The position numbers were made by a program, and so were the translations under genes. From an uncultured virus (IMG/VR IMGVR_UViG_3300010885_047022) (lineage: Duplodnaviria > Heunggongvirae > Uroviricota > Caudoviricetes), in IMG/VR virus record IMGVR_UViG_3300010885_047022, positions 62,001 to 126,000 of that record: a DNA stretch of 64,000 nucleotides; one strand, 5' to 3'. The notes under the pieces are model-generated. The model made no database searches. It had not been told where the DNA came from and was given only the letters and a program-made list of their open reading frames with translations. Of this stretch, positions 58,855-64,000 are shown piece by piece; within the stretch, counting starts at the first letter, position 1, and each line of letters begins with the position of its first letter.

Positions 58855-59133
58855 TTAAACGTATCTTCCAGACCCCTTAGGAGTAGACACTGGATTTATC
58901 GCACCGGCTCTTCTTTTATTAGCCATCATCATTCCTCCGACAGCTCCACCACCCATAGCGTACCTAGCACCCACTTGCATTTGTCTAGCTCTAATCATTT
59001 CATTATGACCTTTGCCAGCTAGTGCTGCTGCATTTTTTATTTTTTCTGCGCCTTTTGCTCCTGATCCCAGGTACTTTACAGCTCTTTCCGAATCCATCAT
59101 TAAGGCTTTTCCTATAGTATTTTTCCAACCCAT
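58855..59133 (-). CDS. Small basic Gly/Ala/Met-rich protein
   Basis: RQMQVGARYAMGGGAVGG; ends KGSGRYV; paralogue of the next gene. Confidence 0.65.
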   Translation of the reverse strand: MGWKNTIGKALMMDSERAVKYLGSGAKGAEKIKNAAALAGKGHNEMIRARQMQVGARYAMGGGAVGGMMMANKRRAGAINPVSTPKGSGRYV

Positions 59134-59483
59134 TATGCGAACCTGCCTACGCCTCTACCGGTTTGCATCGGTCCACGATATGATGTACGAGATTGATTAG
59201 AATTAGGTCTCATGGCCATTGCTCCGGCAATTCCAACTGCACCACCTGCGTATCTCATTCCAACTTGTGCTTGTCTTAGAGAAATAGTTGCTGCTTTATG
59301 TTTTGCAGCAAACTCAGCACTGTATCTAGCTGTACTAGCAGTTGTTGCCATCCTTTTTTCGGCCATTCTACCTAATTTTCCAGCACCTCTTGATCCTCTT
59401 TCGATAAAAGCAGTAGCTCTTCCTACCCCCATACCTGGGACTCTTTCAGCTAGTCTACTAAATATTTCGCCATAAGCTGCCAT
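59133..59483 (-). CDS. Small basic Gly/Ala/Met-rich protein
   Basis: RQAQVGMRYAGGAVGIAG; ends RGVGRFA; TAATG coupling to the downstream gene. Confidence 0.65.
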   Translation of the reverse strand: MAAYGEIFSRLAERVPGMGVGRATAFIERGSRGAGKLGRMAEKRMATTASTARYSAEFAAKHKAATISLRQAQVGMRYAGGAVGIAGAMAMRPNSNQSRTSYRGPMQTGRGVGRFA

Positions 59484-59485
59484 AA

Positions 59486-59773
59486 TTATCTCCCGTACAT
59501 TCCGGTAGGTCTACCACCTGCAAATTTATCTGTACCACGACCCCTACGGCCCTTCATCGCATATCCTCCAAGAGAAGCAGCGCCTAAGCCCATAGCTCCA
59601 GCTCTTCCGGGATGCTTCATAGCGTACTGCGCCATTCTGCTATTTTTAGCAAAGGATCTAACTCCTGATGAGGCGCCTGAGGCTGCGTCAGTCATTCCCT
59701 TAGACGTCATTTTTGAAGCCTTTGCGTGATAAGTTTGCTTTAGCCAACCTGTTGGACTTTTTTTAAGTGGCAT
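59486..59773 (-). CDS. Small basic Gly/Ala/Met-rich protein
   Basis: AGGAG RBS; KHPGRAGAMGLGAASLGGYAMKGRRG. Confidence 0.65.
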   Translation of the reverse strand: MPLKKSPTGWLKQTYHAKASKMTSKGMTDAASGASSGVRSFAKNSRMAQYAMKHPGRAGAMGLGAASLGGYAMKGRRGRGTDKFAGGRPTGMYGR

Positions 59774-59786
59774 AGTAATTCTCCTA

Positions 59787-61232
59787 TTAAGATGTTTGAG
59801 ATCGTATTCTTTTTATTGGTTTTTGCATGTCAAAAGTAAAGCTTTTATTAACATAGTCGATATGGAATATAGTACCTTTAGGTACGTTGCTATGCACAAT
59901 TGTTTTCGCTAAAGGTGTTTCTATAACATCTCTTCTTACTTGAGCTATGCCACGAGCACCTTTGATGGTATCGATTCCACGTTCAATGAGACCATCAATC
60001 ACGTTATCAGTATAGGAGACAGAGATTCCCTTTTTGGAGAGCTTATCCGCAATCACAGACATCTCTAATTCAGCTATCTTTTCGCAATCCTGTCGATTCA
60101 AGTGATTAAAAACAACTATTTTATCTATTCTATTAATAAACTCTGGTCTGAAATATTTATCAATCGCTTGATGGGTATTTCTTTCCACGATAGATCTAAC
60201 TGGTATCTCTGAAGTCTGACGCTCAAAGACAATGCTTCTAGCAAATCCTGTTCCAGTAGAAATTAAATTATCAACTGTTTTCTCATTGCCTAAATTGGTT
60301 GTCATGATAATGATTGTATTTCTAAAATCTACTGGTTCACCTTTATTATCTGTAACTATTCCCTCATCAAATATTCTCAAGAATGTATTCCAAATATCTT
60401 GATGTGCCTTTTCAACTTCATCTATTAAAACAACTGAGTAAGGATTTTTCTTAACTTGATTAGTTAACTGCCCGCCTTCGTCGTGACCGATGTAACCTGG
60501 AGGAGAACCTAATAGCTTTTGGTTCTCATGCTTATGCTGGAACTCTCCACAGTCCATTCTTACTATCTGAGAGTCGCCACCAAACATATAATTATTCAGC
60601 ATGTTTGCTAAGTGTGTTTTTCCAACACCGGAAGAACCCGCAAATAAGAATACTCCTAATGGTCTATTGGAATCATGCAAATCAGCCTGTGATCTAAATA
60701 AAGCTGAAACTATTTCTTCTATTGCCTGATCCTGACCTATCACATTTGATTTCAAGAATCCCTCTAATCCTAAAAACTTTTGTTTTGGAATCTTTTTATT
60801 CTTTGGAATAACCTCTTTGACTGTTTTTCTTTTAACATTTCTTTGGGCTTCTTGTAAAAATTTCTTTACTTCATTAAGATCATAATCTTCATCCTCAGGA
60901 GAAATCTCTAATGGGGCAGTCGAATAAGCGATGCTCACCCAGTAATCGATATCTAAACCAGGATTAAGCATAACACATCCTGCGTAGATTGCTTCGAGAG
61001 CTCTTTCTGCGGCTGTACGAGACATTGCGTTTAACGAAGACGCAACATCAGTATTTAAATTAAAAACTACATACTGTAAAACTTGCTTGCGAAGATCTTT
61101 GCTTTTTTTATGTTTAATGACAAATGCTTCTACATCTTCAGTGGGAATGATTTTAAATTTTACGTTAGCGTGCAACTCGGGTACAAAGATTTGGTATATC
61201 TGCATTAGCAACTTCTTTCTTTTATCTTGCAC
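59787..61232 (-). CDS. Clp-family AAA+ ATPase with only the D2 module and an unrecognised N-domain
   Basis: VIGQDQAI, RPLGVFLFAGSSGVGKT, GSPPGYIG, LIDEVEKAH, VDFRNTIIIMTTNLG, FRPEFINRID, GARG. The start may be ATG 61205. Confidence 0.9.
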   Translation of the reverse strand: MQDKRKKLLMQIYQIFVPELHANVKFKIIPTEDVEAFVIKHKKSKDLRKQVLQYVVFNLNTDVASSLNAMSRTAAERALEAIYAGCVMLNPGLDIDYWVSIAYSTAPLEISPEDEDYDLNEVKKFLQEAQRNVKRKTVKEVIPKNKKIPKQKFLGLEGFLKSNVIGQDQAIEEIVSALFRSQADLHDSNRPLGVFLFAGSSGVGKTHLANMLNNYMFGGDSQIVRMDCGEFQHKHENQKLLGSPPGYIGHDEGGQLTNQVKKNPYSVVLIDEVEKAHQDIWNTFLRIFDEGIVTDNKGEPVDFRNTIIIMTTNLGNEKTVDNLISTGTGFARSIVFERQTSEIPVRSIVERNTHQAIDKYFRPEFINRIDKIVVFNHLNRQDCEKIAELEMSVIADKLSKKGISVSYTDNVIDGLIERGIDTIKGARGIAQVRRDVIETPLAKTIVHSNVPKGTIFHIDYVNKSFTFDMQKPIKRIRSQTS

Positions 61233-61337
61233 ATATAAGTATATAGGATAATATTATTATATATTAACATATAAGAATATATTATTATATGTTAACATAT
61301 AAGTATATAGTAAAGGGGGGAAGGGGGGAAGGGGGGG
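61231..61337. repeat. AT-rich direct repeats, 18-bp palindrome and G6-AA-G6-AA-G7 tract
   Basis: ACATATAAGTATATAG at 61231 and 61295, variant at 61267; palindrome TTATATGTTAACATATAA at 61285-61302; G tract at 61315-61337. Confidence 0.8.
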
Positions 61338-61378
61338 TTATGGCTAGCTTATCACACGAAATCAAGTCGTGTCTAGCC

Positions 61379-61540
61379 TCAGTCATTTTTCTTGTAATCT
61401 TCTATGCTAGGATGATCTTCTATGCACGGCCCTGCGAAAGACCAGTACTTAATTAGGTCAATTGGTCTATTAAATCTTTTATTTAATAAGTACAACGCCA
61501 ACTGAAATTCTTCTTTTTGTTGTTCTTGCGACTTGCTCAT
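61379..61540 (-). CDS. Small hypothetical protein (53 aa, not in ORF track)
   Basis: MSKSQEQQKEEFQLALYLLNKRFNRPIDLIKYWSFAGPCIEDHPSIEDYKKND; AAGGAG RBS; TGGTATAAT extended -10 at 61572-61580. Confidence 0.65.
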   Translation of the reverse strand: MSKSQEQQKEEFQLALYLLNKRFNRPIDLIKYWSFAGPCIEDHPSIEDYKKND

Positions 61541-61583
61541 TCAATCTCCTTAAGATATAATATATATATCAATTATACCATTA

Positions 61584-61901
61584 TTGAAAGGTTATTACCA
61601 GGTGGAATACCCCCAGCATAACGAAACAAATTCTATTCCTAATAAAACACCAAAACCAGTGGACATCAAAGAAGTGAATCGCGCATTAATAGTCTTACGT
61701 GAAAACTCAATCTCAATGCTCGACTTAATCGAAAAAGATCTTTATGATTTTTATTCAACGGATGTAGAAGTTATCAAGTTTGTTGATAAAGAACTTATGA
61801 AAAAAATTGTTCAATTCAAGCAAGATGTCAAGAACATTGTTGTATACTCTAAGAACCTGCAGACGATGCATGAAGAACAAGGAAGATTATTCTATGACTG
61901 A
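61584..61901 (+). CDS. Hypothetical helical protein
   Basis: First plus-strand gene; overlaps the recA start; true start may be GTG 61602. Confidence 0.6.
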   Translation: MKGYYQVEYPQHNETNSIPNKTPKPVDIKEVNRALIVLRENSISMLDLIEKDLYDFYSTDVEVIKFVDKELMKKIVQFKQDVKNIVVYSKNLQTMHEEQGRLFYD

Positions 61902-62919
61902 TGAATTCGATATGGAGACTGGCGAGATTCTTATTCCCGCAGCTAAAAAAGTTATTGATAAAGAAGAATCAAAAGTATTAGAACTCGCAATCGCACAACT
62001 TCAACGTCAATACGGAGCTGGATCAGTCGTTAGACTCGGCTCAACTAATATCAAACCATGGGACTCAATCTCCACTGGAGCACTTACTTTGGATAGTGCA
62101 CTTGGAATTGGTGGTTTCCCGCGCGGGCGCGTAGTAGAAATCTATGGACCTGAGTCATCAGGTAAGTCTACTCTCGCTCTAGCAACAGTAGCCAAGGCCC
62201 AGCAGATGGGCCTCACGTGCGCCTACATCGACGCTGAGCATGCTTTAGACCCAGTCTACATGCAAGCCGTAGGAATCGATCTAGACAACCTTCTACTGGC
62301 TCAACCTGATTATGGCGAGCAAGGCTTCGACATTGCTGACAGACTCCTGCGCACAGGGGAAATTGGCGTCATCGTCATTGACTCAGTTGCAGCATTAGTT
62401 CCTAAAGCTGAGCTCGATGGCGAAATGGAACAAGCTCACATGGGCTTGCAGGCCCGTATGATGGCTAAAGCTATGCGTAAGCTTACTGGACTCGCTGCCC
62501 AGCACAACACTCTTATTATATTCATTAACCAGCTCCGCAACAAAATTGGAATCATGTTTGGTAACCCAGAGACTACTCCTGGTGGAATGTCATTGAAGTT
62601 CTATGCTTCAGTCCGAATTGACGTCCGCAAAAAAGAAGATCTTAAGGACAAGGCCGGAAATCCAGTTGGCGTCAAAGTCAAAGCTAAGGTTATTAAGAAT
62701 AAGATGGCACCCCCAATGAAAATCGTAGAGTTCGACATCATCTATGCTCAGGGTATCGACGAGTACGGATGTATCTTTGACATCGGAATCGACAAGGGTA
62801 TCTTTACCCAAAAGGGCGCATGGGTCTACTATAATGGCGAGAACTTTGCCCAAGGTAGAGATAACGCTATTGAGAAGTTAAAGGCTTCTCCTGATATTGT
62901 AGGTGTGATCAAAGGCTAA
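61894..62919 (+). CDS. recA: RecA recombinase
   Basis: GRVVEIYGPESSGKST, IDAEHALDP, VIDSVAALVPKAE, FINQLR, PETTPGG..LKFYASVR, KNKMAPP. Probable ATG 61894 (track start 61807). Confidence 0.97.
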   Translation: MTDEFDMETGEILIPAAKKVIDKEESKVLELAIAQLQRQYGAGSVVRLGSTNIKPWDSISTGALTLDSALGIGGFPRGRVVEIYGPESSGKSTLALATVAKAQQMGLTCAYIDAEHALDPVYMQAVGIDLDNLLLAQPDYGEQGFDIADRLLRTGEIGVIVIDSVAALVPKAELDGEMEQAHMGLQARMMAKAMRKLTGLAAQHNTLIIFINQLRNKIGIMFGNPETTPGGMSLKFYASVRIDVRKKEDLKDKAGNPVGVKVKAKVIKNKMAPPMKIVEFDIIYAQGIDEYGCIFDIGIDKGIFTQKGAWVYYNGENFAQGRDNAIEKLKASPDIVGVIKG

Positions 62920-63125
62920 TGAGTTTTATTCCAATATCTTGCGAGGACTGCAGCTTCCCGCCTAACTTTATTGTTCTTGAATTAAAAGACAAGGTAAATA
63001 TCCCATACTACTCCATCAAGTGCCGTGACTGTGGTGACTGCTGGGACGAACCGAATGAAAATTTTTTTGAAAATACACAGCCTTCTCTTTACGACGGAAA
63101 TTTTTTTGAGAACGATGACAAATAG
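62919..63125 (+). CDS. Small Zn-finger protein
   Basis: CEDC..CRDC; TAATG overlap with recA. Confidence 0.65.
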   Translation: MSFIPISCEDCSFPPNFIVLELKDKVNIPYYSIKCRDCGDCWDEPNENFFENTQPSLYDGNFFENDDK

Positions 63126-63218
63126 CTTACGCCTCTATCTCGAGTTCTCGCGTTTGTTTGCCGAACTGAAATAACCAGTACTATTACAGTATCTCATCTT
63201 TAAGAAAGAATGCTGTAG

Positions 63219-63509
63219 ATGGAATTTATACGTAGAATATTAGAGTTCTTTTCAGGTTCGTCCATGAAGCGAAATGGCAACATGATCAACTTTGTCTATG
63301 ACCTAGAAGATGACAACACTCAGCGTGTCGTCACCATCCATGCCGATCCTAATGGGTTCATGATCTTTACCATCTTCTCAGTCGAAGAATGGCAGATGAT
63401 TGAAAGTATTGGCGAACTATCGGAACGTGATGTTGAAGACATCGTACGCGAAATATCAGAAGACGAAAGCCTGACAACAATCACCATCGATCCCACGGAG
63501 TTTGAGTAG
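63219..63509 (+). CDS. Hypothetical acidic protein (96 aa)
   Basis: ORF followed by a terminator; TACTAT about 35 nt upstream. Confidence 0.6.
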   Translation: MEFIRRILEFFSGSSMKRNGNMINFVYDLEDDNTQRVVTIHADPNGFMIFTIFSVEEWQMIESIGELSERDVEDIVREISEDESLTTITIDPTEFE

Positions 63510-63537
63510 ATTTCGCCCGGAATAAATAAGATATATA

Positions 63538-63583
63538 CAAAAGAGGTGCTACCCCCTAAAGGGTAACACCTCTTTTTGTTTTT
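63538..63583. terminator. Bidirectional intrinsic terminator
   Basis: AAAAGAGGTGCTACCC-CCTAAA-GGGTAACACCTCTTTTTGTTTTT between convergent genes. Confidence 0.75.
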
Positions 63584-63597
63584 ATCACAGGGTGCTA

Positions 63598-63816
63598 TTA
63601 GTAATCATAACCGGATTCGTAGCCTAGCTCTTCCCACACTTGGTTTCCATATGAGGAACCATAGTCCTTTACAGTCATTGCAAAGTTTGTATTAGCCATG
63701 CCTCCGAAGGGGTTTACCCATTGGAAACAGTCAGGGCATCTTGTATTGGCTCCTGAGAGGTCTTCATTGACAATATATTCTGTACCACAGTGTGGGCAGT
63801 CCATAAATGATTTCAT
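63598..63816 (-). CDS. Small Zn-ribbon protein
   Basis: CPHC..CPDC; AAAGGA RBS. Confidence 0.65.
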   Translation of the reverse strand: MKSFMDCPHCGTEYIVNEDLSGANTRCPDCFQWVNPFGGMANTNFAMTVKDYGSSYGNQVWEELGYESGYDY

Positions 63817-63884
63817 GATTGTTCCTTTGTGATTGTAAGCATGGGATGCTGTGTGTGAATCATTCCCTATTGGGAACGTCTTGA

Positions 63885-63914
63885 ACTATATCTACTACAC
63901 GGCGTCTCTGTCAA
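63885..63914 (-). promoter_or_regulatory. Sigma70-type promoter
   Basis: TTGACA-18 nt-TATAGT about 70 nt upstream of ATG 63816. Confidence 0.55.
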
Positions 63915-64000
63915 CCTATGTTAGAAAATATTTCAAATTTTTTGGGGCGAATCTCTATATGGGAAAAATTATTAGGGAAAAATTTTTGGACTGAAATGGT

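Noticed and set aside
61231..61312. CRISPR-like array
   Set aside because: Only three short AT-rich copies with 12-20 nt gaps that themselves repeat; no unique spacers and no cas genes.
63817..64000. tRNA or structured ncRNA at the right end
   Set aside because: No cloverleaf or T-loop consensus recognised; only a promoter-like element and A/T tracts.

Overview
This window is the virion-morphogenesis region of a large, AT-rich myovirus-type tailed phage, read with the standard genetic code. From about 61.5 kb down to position 1, nearly all genes are on the minus strand. In order: a single-ring Clp AAA+ ATPase; small Gly/Ala/Met-rich basic proteins; a Cys-rich terminase-small-subunit candidate; a 1173-aa protein with an intact DEDDh exonuclease domain; terminase large subunit; a fibre cassette; portal; a glycosyltransferase; prohead protease/scaffold; decoration protein; major capsid protein; fibre/neck genes; two sheath paralogues; three tube-like paralogues; two tail-chaperone paralogues; a 2206-aa tape-measure-like protein; a 1605-aa protein; and a >3021-aa baseplate-hub-like ORF that runs off the window and is missing from the ORF track. 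A short plus-strand block (recA, Zn-finger proteins) diverges near an AT-rich repeat/palindrome/G-tract locus. Most notable: (1) the 1605-aa protein coupled to the tape measure carries, in order, motifs of a single-subunit two-barrel (YonO/QDE-1-like) RNA polymerase, with a non-canonical GGFDLDD loop followed rather than preceded by RxP; (2) a complete Dps mini-ferritin domain sits inside the prohead protease/scaffold polyprotein; (3) the exonuclease protein shares a C-terminal hydrophobic signature with the polymerase candidate, suggesting injected virion enzymes; (4) an Ala-Thr-Pro motif recurs in six predicted outer structural proteins, and a head-module glycosyltransferase suggests it may mark glycosylation. 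All functional calls come from reading motifs by eye; no searches were run and the host cannot be assigned.
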